Assembly (NCBI GenBank): GCA_049840735.1
Contig: JASGJN010000004.1
Location: forward strand, 32,001 to 96,000
From: Anaeromyxobacter sp.
Lineage (GTDB): Bacteria > Myxococcota > Myxococcia > Myxococcales > Anaeromyxobacteraceae
Reading direction: 5' to 3'
DNA: 64,000 nt
Shown here: positions 44,528 to 57,262 of the stretch, in pieces
Position numbering within the stretch: position 1 is the stretch's first letter
Layout of the letters: each line of letters opens with the position of its first letter
The notes under the pieces: model-generated
The model's input: the letters and a program-made list of their open reading frames with translations, nothing else
Told to the model about the DNA's origin: nothing
Database searches by the model: none
Program-made: the position numbers and the translations under genes

Positions 44528-44687
44528 GCGTGCGCTCGGCGGTGAATTCTACTTTCTGGCGACGGCGACGAACCGTGTATGGTCCTGCGCTCGGGTACTG
44601 CTCCGCTCGCGGCCGTAAGGATGACCTTCGGTGGTTGAGCCTGCCGCCGGATCAGCGGCAGCGATAGATTGCCCACCGAGCGCACGC
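44528..44687 (-). ncRNA. Putative retron msr-msd RNA
   Basis: Perfect 12-bp a1/a2 inverted repeat GCGTGCGCTCGG (44528-44539 / 44676-44687), extendable imperfectly; 7-bp hairpin 44641-44661; abuts the RT start codon. Confidence 0.8.
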
Positions 44688-44734
44688 CTTCTGACGGTAC
44701 ATCGGCGTGCCCGTATGTCAAGGATGCTATTGCT

Positions 44735-45060
44735 TTCTGCCGGGGTTGAGGAGCTGGTAGGCCACGAAGCCCGCCAGCCACGGGAGCATCATCAGGGGGC
44801 GCGGCGGCGCCTGGTCGCCCACGTCCCAGCGGCGGCGACGCAGCAGGAAGTAGTCCACCAGCAGCACCGCGTAGAGCGGCACGAAGACCGAGCCCAGCAG
44901 GAACAGGAACCCCTCGTACTGGACGATTCTCGGTGCCTAGGGCGAGCAGCGTGGCGAGCACGCCCACCGCCACGGCCACCGCCCGGCGGTCCAGCGACGG
45001 TCGGAAGTTCTGGGCCGAGACGGCGGTCGAGTACAGGTTGGCGAAGGCCTCGTCGCCAAG
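44735..45060 (-). pseudogene. Internal fragment of an NCS1/CytX-like permease
   Basis: DEAFANLYSTAVSAQN and YEGFLFLLGSVFVPLYAVLLVDYF in two frames; no gene start or end. Confidence 0.7.
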
Positions 45061-45187
45061 GGGATACCAAGCGGCCGGAGAACGCCGGCGAAACCCGGCG
45101 AGCCGCTGGACTCCTCGCCAGACCCGCTGCCAGGATTTCCGCCGCCTTGCGAATCCCGACCACATCCACCCGACGTGATTTCACTGA

Positions 45188-45247
45188 CTGTCACGCCGGA
45201 GGCCAGGGGTTCGAGTCCCCTACACCCCGCCAGTAACGAGGCCGGGA
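45188..45247 (+). repeat. Second att site (duplicated tRNA-Asp 3' half)
   Basis: Identical to 34754-34813. Confidence 0.95.
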
Positions 45248-45359
45248 TTCCTCGGGAAACCGAAGGGGTCCCGGCCTCGGTGTTTCTGGCGCCCTCGGCT
45301 CAAAGCCCCTGCCCGGCCCCTCGCCAGCGCTCCGGCACGCGCGCGCCATCACGACGCGG

Positions 45360-46508
45360 TCAGGGGTTCTCCTCCCCATCGAGATCGGGGTAGCGGGTGG
45401 CGAGGCAGTGCGGGCAGAGACCGTGCGTGAACGCGGCGTCGGTTCGCTCCTGCACGTACTGCTCCACCGGGCTCCAGTGGCCCCGGTCGTCGCGGATCTT
45501 CTTGCAGTGCATGCAGATGGGGAGGAGGCCGTGCAGCGTCTTGATCTGCGCCTCCGCCCTTCGTAGCTCCGCCTCGGTCCGCTTGCGCGCGGTGATGTCG
45601 CGGGCGATCACCAGCAGCTTGGTGGGCCGCCCCTGCGCGTCGCGGATGAGGGAGCTGTTCACCTCGATGTCGAAGGTGGTGCCGTCCTTTCGCAGCCCGC
45701 GGTACTCGCTGGGGCCGGACGCGAGCCCCTGGAAGAGGAGCGCCACCCTGGACATGGCGCGCGCCCGGTCCTCGGGGACGAGGAAGTCCGTGACCTTGAG
45801 TCCCTTTCCCTGTTCGGCGGAGTCGTAGCCGAACAAGGGCACGGCGTTGGGCGAGACCATCAGCACGCGCCCTTCCAGGTCGGCGATGGTGATGTCGTCA
45901 GGCGACGCGTCCAGGATCGACCGGTAGAGCGTCTCGCTGTCCCGGAGCCGCTCCTCGGCCAGCTTGCGCTCCGCGACCTCGCGGGCCAGCACCGCGTTCG
46001 CCTCGGACAGCTGCGCGGTCCGCTCGGCGACGAGCCGCTCCAGGTCCTCGTTCCGGGCCACCAGCTCCCTCAGCGGGTAGACCTCGCCCTCGCGGACCAG
46101 GTGGTAGGGGATGGAGATGCTGCTGTGCGAGATCTTCCAGCCGGCGGCCTCCTTCCGGAAGATGAGCACAAGCCGGGCGGTCTCCCGCGAGAGGATGTGG
46201 TCCTTGATCGGGAGGTGGATGACGAAGAAGCTGGTGGCGACCGCGATGGTCTCGGACAGCGACAGGAGCGAGAAGTCCTTGAGCTCGAGGCGGAGCGGCT
46301 TCGGGACCTGGGCGAAGTCCTGCCGGGTGATCGCCACCCACGCCGCGCGGTCCTTGACGAGGAAGTCTCCACCGCCCGTGAAGCCGGAGAAGTCCTCGCT
46401 GAACGACTCGGTGAGCCGGTCGTCACGGTTGGCGTACTTCCGGAGGTAGTCGTCGAGCAGCTGCCGGAGGGTCTGCTGGTCGCTGGAGTCCATGATTTCC
46501 TTGGCCAT
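45360..46508 (-). CDS. SnoaL-like + coiled coil + PAS protein with Cys-rich C-terminus
   Basis: WKISHSSIS.P, PAS (RKDGT.F.IEV...RDIT), LLPICMHCKKIRD...THGLCPHC. Confidence 0.8.
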   Translation of the reverse strand: MAKEIMDSSDQQTLRQLLDDYLRKYANRDDRLTESFSEDFSGFTGGGDFLVKDRAAWVAITRQDFAQVPKPLRLELKDFSLLSLSETIAVATSFFVIHLPIKDHILSRETARLVLIFRKEAAGWKISHSSISIPYHLVREGEVYPLRELVARNEDLERLVAERTAQLSEANAVLAREVAERKLAEERLRDSETLYRSILDASPDDITIADLEGRVLMVSPNAVPLFGYDSAEQGKGLKVTDFLVPEDRARAMSRVALLFQGLASGPSEYRGLRKDGTTFDIEVNSSLIRDAQGRPTKLLVIARDITARKRTEAELRRAEAQIKTLHGLLPICMHCKKIRDDRGHWSPVEQYVQERTDAAFTHGLCPHCLATRYPDLDGEENP

Positions 46509-46674
46509 CGCGCGCGCCGAGTCGAGCGGCGCGGTGCCACCCGAGCGACTGCCCCCAGCCCTGGTCAACCACCAGTCTCCCTCCGCGCGCGCGGGGTCAA
46601 GGGTGATCGATCGCCGCAGGCGTGGCGTCAGTGGGATGACGGCAAGCGGCCGTGTGTTCGCCCTCGTGCGCCGC

Positions 46675-48042
<1,368 letters not shown>

Positions 48043-50126
48043 GCGCTTGCTCCTGCCCGGACGCCGCGAGCAGGGGCCAGGAGAGCACCACCGTCGTGCC
48101 CAGCCCCTCCTCGCTCTCCAGGTCGATCTCGCCGCCGTGGTTCCGCACGATCTGCGCCGCCACCGTGAGCCCCAGGCCCGTGCCCTTGCCGCGCTTCTTG
48201 GTCGTGAAGAACGGGTCGAACACCCGGTGCCGCAGCTCCTCGGGAACGCCCGCTCCGTCGTCGGCGACCTCGATCGCGGCGAGGCGCCCGCGGACCGCGG
48301 AGCGCGCCCGGATCCAGACGTGGCCCCCCTCGGCGCAGGCGTGGATCGCGTTCAGCACGAGGTTGACCAGCACCTGGTTCAGCTGATCCGGGTTCGCGGC
48401 CAGCGGGGGGAGGTTGGGCGGGAGCTCCAGGACCACCGCGACCTTGCGCTTGCGGGCCTCGAACGCGAGCAGCTCCGCCACCGTCACCGCTGCGGCGCCG
48501 AGCTCCACCGCGGTCACGTCGGCCTGGGAGACCCGGGCGAAGTCGAGGAGCTGCTGGATGGTCCGGGCGATGCGGTCGATCTCCTCCAGGATGACCCGCG
48601 TGCTCCCCTTCGCCTCCGCCTGCTCCGGGGCGAGCGCCTGGTCGAGCATCTCCGCCCGACCGCGGACGACGCCGAGCGGCGTCCCCACCTCGTGGGCAAT
48701 CCCGGAGGCGATGACGCCCACGGTGGCGAGCTTCTCGGCCCGCAGGAGCTGGGAGGAGAGCTCGCGGAGGTCCGTCACGTCCTCCAGGACGACCAGCAGG
48801 CTCATGTCCGGGAGCGGGTGCGGGAGCGGCACGGCGTGGATCCCGAACGAGCGGGCCCGGGAGAGGGAGAGCGGCTGGGCTTGCAGGTGCTGGACCGCCC
48901 CGGTGGCGCGGGCCTCGCTGACCAGCCCCCGCAGCGCGGCCACGGCGGACGGCGCCGCCTCCGGGAAGGCCTGGCCCAGCTCGCCCCCCACCTCGGAGCG
49001 TGGGAACCGCTGCCGGGCCTCGACGTTCAGCCCGGAGACGCGCCCCTCCTCGTCCAGCGCCATGACCGCGACCGGGACGTTCTCCAGGATCTTCTCCGCC
49101 TTCTCGCGCAGCCGGGCCACCTGCTCCGCGGCCCGCAGCCGCTCCTGGACGGCGATGCTCCTCCGGGCCGCCAGCACCAGGTAGACGGAGAGACCGATCA
49201 GCGCCGAGGCGAAGACGCCGGCGAGGAGCGCCATGCGCATCACGATGGCCCGCTCCTGCGACTCCAGGGCTGCCGTGGACTCCAGGACGCCCACCGACCA
49301 GTGGCCCGCGCCGTCGGCGGTCCGGACGGGAACGAACACCGCCACCGCGTCGGCCGGCTCGAGCCCGACCGCCGCCGCCGTGTCGCGCGACAGGTCGAGC
49401 GTCCCGGTGTGCCCGGCCCGCATCGCGCTGAGCAGGTCGGCGAGGGGACCTCGATCGGCTTCCGGCGCGCCCGCCATGGCCGCGAGCGCCGGGTCGGTGA
49501 TGGGCGCTGGGCTCCCGTGCGGGCCGATGAGGATGAGCTTCCCGCCGCCGCCTGGAGCCACCAGCCGGAGGCGCTCGAAGGTCGCCTGCTGGTCGGCCAG
49601 GATCACCACGGCGCCGCGGGCCTCGCCCTCCCGGACGAGCGGCATGGCGAAGGCGCGGTGCCAGGGGGACGCCTCGTTGCCCAGCGGCGGGGAGATCGCC
49701 ATGCCCTGCCGGGCGAGCGCGGCCATGGCGGTCGCGCGCACCGACTCCGCATACGGCCGGCGCGACCACCACCGCGCGACGGCGGGGTCGATCACCACCA
49801 CGCGCTCGCGGCCCTGGGCGTCGTACACCACCACCATCCGGTAGGTGCGGACCACCGAGACCAGCGCCTCGAGCTCGCGGCGCTGGTCGTTCCCGGAGTC
49901 GGTGGCGTCCACCAGCCGGCTCGCCAGCTCGAGGTGCTTCCGCACGTCGCCGAGCTCGGCCTCGATCTCCCGGACGGCGATCCGGACCCTCACCAGGTGC
50001 TCGTCCGCGAAGGACTTCACCAGCGCGGCGCGATCGCGCCGGGCCGTCTGGTACGCGAACCACCCCACGCCCAGCAGGACGAGGGCGGTGATGGCCACGG
50101 CGATCCAGCTTCCCCGCTGCATGGTC

Positions 50127-52378
50127 TCAACCCGCCTCGACCGAGCGGAGGCCGAAGGCCAGCCGGGTCGCGAGCCGCTCCTGCTTCCGCACCCGGGCGG
50201 CGTCGGAGAGCATCCGCCCCGCCCACCGGTAGACGTTGAAGTCCGCGACCTGGGCCCGGAGCGCGCGCATGCGCTCCGCCTGCTCCGGCCCGGGCATGGC
50301 CAGGGCGGTCGCCAGGGCGGCGCTGGCCTCCTCGAGGTCGTAGGGGTTCACGAGGAGGGCCTCCGAGAGGTCGCGAGCGGCGCCTGTGAAGCGGCTCAGC
50401 ACCAGCACCCCCCGCTCGTCCTCGCGGGCGGCCACGAACTCCTTGGCCACCAGGTTCATGCCATCGTGCAGGCTGCTGACGTAGCACAGGTCCGCCGCGC
50501 GGAGGTACGTGAAGATGGCCGGCGGCTCGTGGTGCGCCCGGTGCAGCACCACCGGCCGGTAGGCCCCGGCGGCGAACCGGCCGTTGATGCGCTCGGCGAG
50601 CGCCTCCACCCGCTGGTTGAGCTCGCGGTACTCCGCGATGAGCGTGCGGCTCGGCGCCGCGAGCTGGACGAAGGTGAACCGGCCGCGCAGGTGGGGGAAC
50701 CGCTCCAGCGCCCGCTCCACCGCGAGCAGGCGCTCCTCGATGCCCTTCGTGTAGTCCAGCCGGTCCACCCCCACACCGATCAGCGCGTCCTCCCGGAGCC
50801 CGAGCTCGGCGATCACCTTGCGGCGGCACTCCGGGACGGGCGGCGCCGACGCGGCCCACTGGTTCGGCCACTCGATCGAGATCGGATACGAGCGCACCAG
50901 CGTCTCGCGCCCCCCAGCACCACCGACATCCGCTCCCGGTCGATGCGGGCCTCGAGGAACCTATCCACGCACTCCAGGAAGTTGTTGCAGTGCTGCTGGG
51001 TGTGGAAGCCCACGATGCTCGACCCGAGCATGCCCTCCAGCAGCTCGCGCGCCCACGGGCAGACGCCGAAGCGCTCGGCGCTGGGCCAGGGGATGTGCCA
51101 GAACGCGATCACGGTGGCGCGCGGGAGGTGCTGGCGGATCAGCCGGGGGGCAAGGGCGAAGTGGTAGTCCTGGACCAGCACGATGGGATCCGGCCCCTCC
51201 ACCTCCTCGCTCACGGCGGCGGCGAACCGCCCGTTGACGCGCTCGTAGTGGCGCCAGTCGGCGGCGCGGAAGGAGGGCCGGGTGTAGACCAGGTGGCAGA
51301 GCGGCCACAGGCCCTCGTTCGCGAACCCGTAGTAGTAGCCGCGCTCCTCGGCCTGCGAGAGCCAGACCCGTCGGATGGCATACGACTCCTCACCCGGCGG
51401 GACACGCACACGATCGTCGCGATCCACGGCGGCGCGGTCGGCGGTGCCGCTCCCGTGCGCCACCCACACGCCCGAGCAGGCCCGCATGACCGGCTCGAGC
51501 GCGGTCACCAGGCCGCTCGCCGGGTGGGCCACCCGGACCGACCCATCCTGCGTCCGCTCGTGGATGTACGGCTCGCGGTTGGCCAGGATCACCACGCCCT
51601 CGCCGTCCAGCGACTCGGTGAGCGTGCGGTGGAGCCGCTCGGGCGTCCACCGGCCCGCGCTGGCGGTGCCCTGGTCAGCCACCAGCTCGGCCATCGCGGC
51701 GCGGAGATCCGAGAGGAGCGGGGCGAACTTCTTGGAGTCGGTCGCCAGCCCGGGCAGGTCGAGCAAGCCGCCGAAGCGGAGCACCCGGCGCAGCTCCCTG
51801 GTCCACCCCATCCAGCTGAAGCGGCGCACCACCACGGTGCCGACGGAGGCGAGGAACGCGACCAGCGCGAAGGTGAGGATGGTGAACCGCCTCATCGAAG
51901 ACTCGCGACGCACCACGAAGCCGAGATCGTGGACCACGACCAGCTCCGCCGAGATCCGGTCGTCGTCCGCCAGCGGAACGATCGAGACGTGGACGAGCCC
52001 TCCGTCCGGACGTTCGACCAGGTCGGACCCGCCGGGAGCGACCGGCTGGTCGATCCGGCCCGCCAGGCCCTCGCACAGATAGGGGGCGGCGAGCGCTTCG
52101 GTGTGGGCCAGCGTGGTCATCTCGGGCGAGCACAGGGCCGCGCCCACGATGCGATCGTTGCGAGCGATCTCGTCCAGCACGCGCCGGAGGCGCCGGCCAT
52201 CCTGGGCCCCGGCGTGTGTGAGCAGCGCATCCCGGGCGCCGCCCGCGACCAGGCGGGCCCTGAGCGCGACGTCGCGCTCGAACCACGTCCGCGTGGTGTC
52301 GTTCACGATCGTGGTGGCGCCCCATGCGAGCGCCCCGAGCAGCAGGAGCAACGGTCCCAGCACCTTCAATCCGTCCAT
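50127..52378 (-). CDS. otsA: Trehalose-6-phosphate synthase with N-terminal membrane domain (frameshift ~50910)
   Basis: [45 protein letters not shown]. Confidence 0.9.
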
Positions 52379-52615
52379 CGGCACCTCTCCAAAGCCCACC
52401 CGCCATCGCAATCTGCGAGGGCGGCCTTGCAGAACGCGACACCACACCCGGCCGGCCCGGCCTGCCGGTGCGCGCCGTGTACGAGCGCGCCGGCCTCCGG
52501 CTGCGTGGTGTGCAGGATCCACGCCCATTCCACCTGCCGCTGGCGGGCGGAGAGAGGGCCCCGGCCCCGCGCTTGCAAACGGGACGTGCCATCCACCCGA
52601 CCGAGGAGCCCCGCC

Positions 52616-53422
52616 GTGACGAACACCCCGCAGCCCATCCCCATCCTCACGTCTGGCGCGGCCATGTTCGCGGAGATCGCGCGAGCCCGCGCCCTGCTGG
52701 CCTTCGACTTCGACGGCACGCTGGCGCCCATCGTCGATGATCCCTCCCGGGCGCGGATGCGACCGGACACCTGGGCCCTGCTGCGCGCGACCGCCCTGCT
52801 GTTCCCCTGCGCGGTGATCTCCGGGCGCGCCCGGCCTGACGTCGCGGCGAGGCTCGAGAACATCCCGCTCGCCGCGGTGGTCGGAAACCACGGTGCGGAG
52901 CCGGGGCTGGGGCCGATCGACCGCAGCCTCCAGCTGCAGTGCCGCTTGTGGGCCCAGGAGCTCGAGTCCGCGCTGGCAGACGTCCCTGGACTGGAGGTCG
53001 AGCAGAAGCGGCTCGGGCTCGCGGTCCACTACCGCCGCGCTCCGGACTGGCCCGCGGCGGAGCAGCGGATCCGCGACGCCGTGCGCGAGCTCGAGGGCGC
53101 GCGGGTCTTCGGCGGCCATGCGGTGGTCAACGTCCATCCCGCGGAGGCGCCGGACAAGGGTGACGCCCTCGCGGCGCTGCAGGAGCGGTTCGACGCGCCG
53201 CTGGCGGTCTACGTCGGTGACGACGTCACGGACGAGGACGCGTTCTCCCGGCCGAAGGTGGTGTCGATCCGCGTTGGCTCAGCCGGACCTTCGGTGGCGC
53301 GGTTCTGCATCTCCAGCCAGGAGGAGGTGGATGACCTGCTGCGAGCGCTGATCGCCGCGCGCGCACAGGAGGACGGGCTGGGCGACCGCTGGCAGGGGCT
53401 CGTCCGGGTCCTCGCGCTCTAG
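52616..53422 (+). CDS. otsB: Trehalose-6-phosphate phosphatase
   Basis: DFDGTLAP, ISGR, GNHGAE, GDDVTDEDAF. Confidence 0.92.
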   Translation: MTNTPQPIPILTSGAAMFAEIARARALLAFDFDGTLAPIVDDPSRARMRPDTWALLRATALLFPCAVISGRARPDVAARLENIPLAAVVGNHGAEPGLGPIDRSLQLQCRLWAQELESALADVPGLEVEQKRLGLAVHYRRAPDWPAAEQRIRDAVRELEGARVFGGHAVVNVHPAEAPDKGDALAALQERFDAPLAVYVGDDVTDEDAFSRPKVVSIRVGSAGPSVARFCISSQEEVDDLLRALIAARAQEDGLGDRWQGLVRVLAL

Positions 53423-53430
53423 AGGACTCC

Positions 53431-54510
53431 TCAGCCTTCCTGCAGCGCCGGCACGGGATCGCGCACCGCAGCGCACCAGGCGACGGGCCACGCCGCCAGG
53501 ATGGCAAGGACCGGGGCGGCGAGCACGAGCGAGGCGAGCGGGCCTGGGTGAGACGCGAGCATTCCCGCGAAGCCTGGGGTCTGGGCAGCCACCACGGCCG
53601 CTCCGACCCCGACACCGAGCGTGGAGCCGGCCGCGGCGATGACCAGCGAACGCCCGACGATCACGAAGCCGAGCAGGCGTCGCGGGGCGCCGATGGCGAC
53701 CAGGGTGGCGAGCTCCAGGACGCGCTCCGCCGCGTCGAGGTGGGCGGCGATGAGCAGGCAGAGCCCGCCGGTCAGCGCGAACAGGAGCAGCGTCATGGCC
53801 CGGTGACGCGCGAGGGAGCCGGGCAGCTCCACCGCCGCCACCGCTCCCAGGTCGTGCCGGACCACGGTCACCCCAGGCACCCGCTCGCCGATCCTGGCGG
53901 CGGCCCGGGCTGGATCCGCGCCGGCCCGCAGGTAGACCCTGAGGACGTTGGACTGCGAAGGCGCACCGGGGAGCGCCAGGGCGCGCTCCAGCGGCAGCAG
54001 GACCGCCACGTCCTCGAGGCTGCCGCTCGCCGGCCTGCTCCCGGCGATGAACCCCGGCTCACCTGCGATCCTCACCGGTCCGGATGACCCCACGCGCCTG
54101 ACGAGCTCGACGCCGACCTGCGCGCCGGCGTGCGCCTCGCTCGGCCACGCCTCGAGCCCCATCACCGGGGTGGGGTGCCCTCCGACGTCGGCGAGGAACA
54201 GGAGCCGGAGCTCGAGCCGCCGGACGTCGCTGCCCAGCGCCTCCTCCACGCGCTCCGCCGTCGCCGCCGGAAGGCCGGCCAGGCCCAGCTCGGCCGTGGC
54301 CAGGGCTCCCGCCGTTCCTCCTGCCGGCACCACCGTGAGCGCCGGCCCCATGGCGTCGACCTGCGCCGCGACCGCGTCCTCCCGGGCCAGCGAGAAGAGC
54401 TGCATGGCGGTGACCGCAGCGGCCAGCGCCGCCACCACCGCGCCGAAGAGTCCGGCGCTTCGCCAGCGCGTGCGGAGCTCGCGCCGGATCAGCCACCCGG
54501 CGGTGCTCAT
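53431..54510 (-). CDS. FtsX/MacB-type ABC permease
   Basis: N-terminal TM, periplasmic domain, ER..ELATLVAIGA. Confidence 0.8.
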   Translation of the reverse strand: MSTAGWLIRRELRTRWRSAGLFGAVVAALAAAVTAMQLFSLAREDAVAAQVDAMGPALTVVPAGGTAGALATAELGLAGLPAATAERVEEALGSDVRRLELRLLFLADVGGHPTPVMGLEAWPSEAHAGAQVGVELVRRVGSSGPVRIAGEPGFIAGSRPASGSLEDVAVLLPLERALALPGAPSQSNVLRVYLRAGADPARAAARIGERVPGVTVVRHDLGAVAAVELPGSLARHRAMTLLLFALTGGLCLLIAAHLDAAERVLELATLVAIGAPRRLLGFVIVGRSLVIAAAGSTLGVGVGAAVVAAQTPGFAGMLASHPGPLASLVLAAPVLAILAAWPVAWCAAVRDPVPALQEG

Positions 54511-55199
54511 GAGGCCACCGACCAGGCCCCGGCCTGCTGCTCCTGGAGGGCGCCGGCCTCGAGCCGCAGGAGCCGCGGGGCCCGGCCCGCGAGCCGGTGG
54601 TCGTGCGTGACCATGATGACGGCCAGGCCCTCGCCGCTGAGCCCACGCAGCAGGTCCATCACGTTGTCGGCGCTGGCCGGGTCGAGGTTGCCGGTGGGCT
54701 CGTCCGCCAGGAGCAGCTTGGGACCGTTCACGATGGCCCGGCCGATGCCGACCCGCTGCCGCTCTCCCACCGAGAGCTGCGCCGGCCGGTGCCTGCGCCG
54801 CGCAGCGATCCCCAGCCGCTCCAGGATGCCGCCTGCCCGCTCCATGGCCTCCCCGCGGCGCAGGCCGGCCAGGAGCGCCGGCAGCGCGACGTTCTCCAGG
54901 CAGGTCAGGTACGGGACAAGGTTGAAGGTCTGGAAGACGAAGCCGACCTCCGTCCGGCGAAGGGCGGCCCGGGCCTCGAGGTCCAGGTCGTAGACCGAGG
55001 CGCCTCCGAGGTGCACCAGCCCGGAGGTGGGCGCCGCCAGCCCGCCGACGGCGTGGAGCAGGGTGGACTTGCCCGAGCCGCTGGGGCCCACCACGGCGAG
55101 GAAGTCGCCCCGGGCGACGGCGAGGTTCACGCCGCGCAGCGCGTGGATCTCGCCGTCGGGGCCTGCGAAGGAGCGGGAAACGTTCTCGAGCCGGAGCAT
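54507..55199 (-). CDS. ABC transporter ATP-binding protein (LolD/MacB type)
   Basis: GPSGSGKST, LSVGERQR, LLADEPTGNLD. Confidence 0.93.
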   Translation of the reverse strand: MLRLENVSRSFAGPDGEIHALRGVNLAVARGDFLAVVGPSGSGKSTLLHAVGGLAAPTSGLVHLGGASVYDLDLEARAALRRTEVGFVFQTFNLVPYLTCLENVALPALLAGLRRGEAMERAGGILERLGIAARRRHRPAQLSVGERQRVGIGRAIVNGPKLLLADEPTGNLDPASADNVMDLLRGLSGEGLAVIMVTHDHRLAGRAPRLLRLEAGALQEQQAGAWSVAS

Positions 55200-55202
55200 G
55201 CG

Positions 55203-56294
55203 TCAGCTCTCCCTGATGACGACGGTGGGATCCAGCGCGGCGGCCTGCCGTGCCATGAGGTGGGCCGCTGCGGTGCTCACCAGCACCGCCAGGGCAAGGA
55301 CCGGGGCGAGCGCTCCGGCGGGCGGGCTGATGGAGGCGCCGAGGAGCGCCGCCCCGGCCTCGTGCGTCAGCGGGAAGGCCGCCGCCCACCCGAGGAGCGC
55401 GCCCAGCGCGCCGACCGCGGCGCCCTGCAGCGTGAACAGCCAGCGCACCTTCCGGGGCGGCGCACCGATGGCCACCAGCAGGCCGATCTCCCGCCGCCTG
55501 CGGCGGAGCTGCGAGAGCGCGAGCGTCGCGACGATGGCGGCGACGACCGAGAGGCCCGCGGCGCGGATGAGGCCGGCATGGCGCTGCATGGTGGCGACGC
55601 TGCCCTTCTGCGCCTCCAGCGTACCCACCACCGTGATGGCGCGCGTGCCGGGGAGGAGGTGCTCGACCTTGCGGCCCAGCGTGGCGATGTCGATGCGGCA
55701 CCAGCAGCCGCCCAGCCGCAGCGCGGAGATCCGGCCGGGACGATCGAGGAGGCGCTGCGCCGTCGCCAGCGGCATGAAGACGGCGCGGTCGAGCCCGTCG
55801 GGCGCGGCGTCGGTGACCTGGAGCACGGAGAACACCTCCCCGCCCGCTGCGAAGGCCTGGCCGGCGGAGAGGCCGGCCGCCCGGGCCGCCTCACCGCCCA
55901 GCGCGGCCGGCTGGACGTCACCCAGCGCCGGCCACCCCGCGTCCTGGCCGACGACGATGAGCCGTGCCCCATTGACCTCCACCTCGCCGTACAGCCGCGC
56001 CTCCACGGAGCGGATGTGCTCACCCGCCTCTGACGCCTGGAGCGTCGCAGGGGTGGTGTCGGGGAGGGTCTCGGCCCCGAACCGCTGGCCGTGGAAGGCC
56101 GCCAGGTCGGCGCCCCCGGGCAGCACCAGCATGTTCCGCCCCAGCCGGTGGGCCAGCTCGTGCACCGAGTCCTGGGCCGAAAGGGACACCGCGTCGTTTG
56201 CCACCAGGGCAGCGATGACGAGCGCGATGGCGAGCGCGCCCAGGACGTGCTCCAGCCAGCGTCTCCTCAGCTCACCGACGAACAGCAGCCACAT
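55203..56294 (-). CDS. FtsX/MacB-type ABC permease
   Basis: RRREIGLLVAIGA; periplasmic CWC motif. Confidence 0.82.
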   Translation of the reverse strand: MWLLFVGELRRRWLEHVLGALAIALVIAALVANDAVSLSAQDSVHELAHRLGRNMLVLPGGADLAAFHGQRFGAETLPDTTPATLQASEAGEHIRSVEARLYGEVEVNGARLIVVGQDAGWPALGDVQPAALGGEAARAAGLSAGQAFAAGGEVFSVLQVTDAAPDGLDRAVFMPLATAQRLLDRPGRISALRLGGCWCRIDIATLGRKVEHLLPGTRAITVVGTLEAQKGSVATMQRHAGLIRAAGLSVVAAIVATLALSQLRRRRREIGLLVAIGAPPRKVRWLFTLQGAAVGALGALLGWAAAFPLTHEAGAALLGASISPPAGALAPVLALAVLVSTAAAHLMARQAAALDPTVVIRES

Positions 56295-56611
56295 GCATCC
56301 TCCGAGAGGAGAACCGCGCGAGGGCAGGTCATCGCCAGGCGAGCGGTCGTCGCCAGGCTTGGGCAGCGCCTCCGCGGATGAGCAAGAGGCGTGCCCGGGC
56401 GGGGCGGCGGCGCGGCTGTTCCGCAAGCCCACGAAATGCCGGAAAGGCCAGCCAGCCTGGAGGCAGGCCACACCACCGAGGACCGTGGCGAAGACGGCCA
56501 GCCGTAACCGATCCGGTCACGCTGTGACTCCGCGCGCACCGCTGGCGCCGGTCGGCGAGCGGCGTACGCAACGGCGGCGAACGGAGCGAAGGGCGAGCCG
56601 TGTGCGTGAGG

Positions 56612-56627
56612 CGGCACGCGCGCTGCA
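56612..56627 (+). promoter_or_regulatory. Putative sigma54 -24/-12 promoter
   Basis: CGGCACGCGCGCTGCA, GG-N10-GC, upstream of ORF 56694. Confidence 0.55.
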
Positions 56628-56693
56628 GAACCCGATCCCGAGATCAAGGGGCGCATTCCGCGCCGCCTGACCTTCCGGAGAGGAGAACCGGAC

Positions 56694-57089
56694 ATGTCCA
56701 CCCACGTCCTCAACAAGGCAGCCGTCATCCTTGCGCTCGGCGCCGCCGTCAGCATCGCCCAGGCCGAGGACAAGGCCCCCGACCCCAACGCCGCCGCCCA
56801 CGAGCACGCCGCGGCCATGAACATGGGCAAGGATCACCGCGACGCCAGCGCCGCTGCCGATGCGGCCACCGCCACGGCCGCAGACGCGAAGAAGGCCAAC
56901 GACAAGGCGCAGGAGCACGCGGCGGCCATGGCGCAGGGCAAGGACCACCGCGACGCGAGCGCGGCGGCGGATGCGGCCACCGCGAGCGACAGCGACGCAG
57001 CCAAGGCCACCGCCAAGGCCCGGAAGCACGACAAGGCGATGATGCAGGGCAAGGATCACCGCGACGCGAACGCAGCGGCCGACGAGTAG
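56694..57089 (+). CDS. Secreted protein with three GKDHRDA repeats
   Basis: AGGAG RBS, signal peptide, three M..GKDHRDA.AAAD repeats. Confidence 0.75.
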   Translation: MSTHVLNKAAVILALGAAVSIAQAEDKAPDPNAAAHEHAAAMNMGKDHRDASAAADAATATAADAKKANDKAQEHAAAMAQGKDHRDASAAADAATASDSDAAKATAKARKHDKAMMQGKDHRDANAAADE

Positions 57090-57262
57090 CGCCCCGCACG
57101 CCGAAGACCGGCTCGGCCAGCCCTGGGGTCACACGCCAAGCGTGTGGCCCCTTCGGCCGTGGCGCGCAGCTGCTCCGGTGGGAGCGCCCTGGCGCACCTC
57201 GAGCGGAGCGCGGGCCCGAGGCCTTGCGCTCCGCTCGAACATCGCCGGACACGGGCGGACCG

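Noticed and set aside
52571..52592. Sigma54 promoter upstream of otsA (TGGCACG...TTGCA)
   Set aside because: GG-to-GC spacing is 12 nt rather than the required 10.
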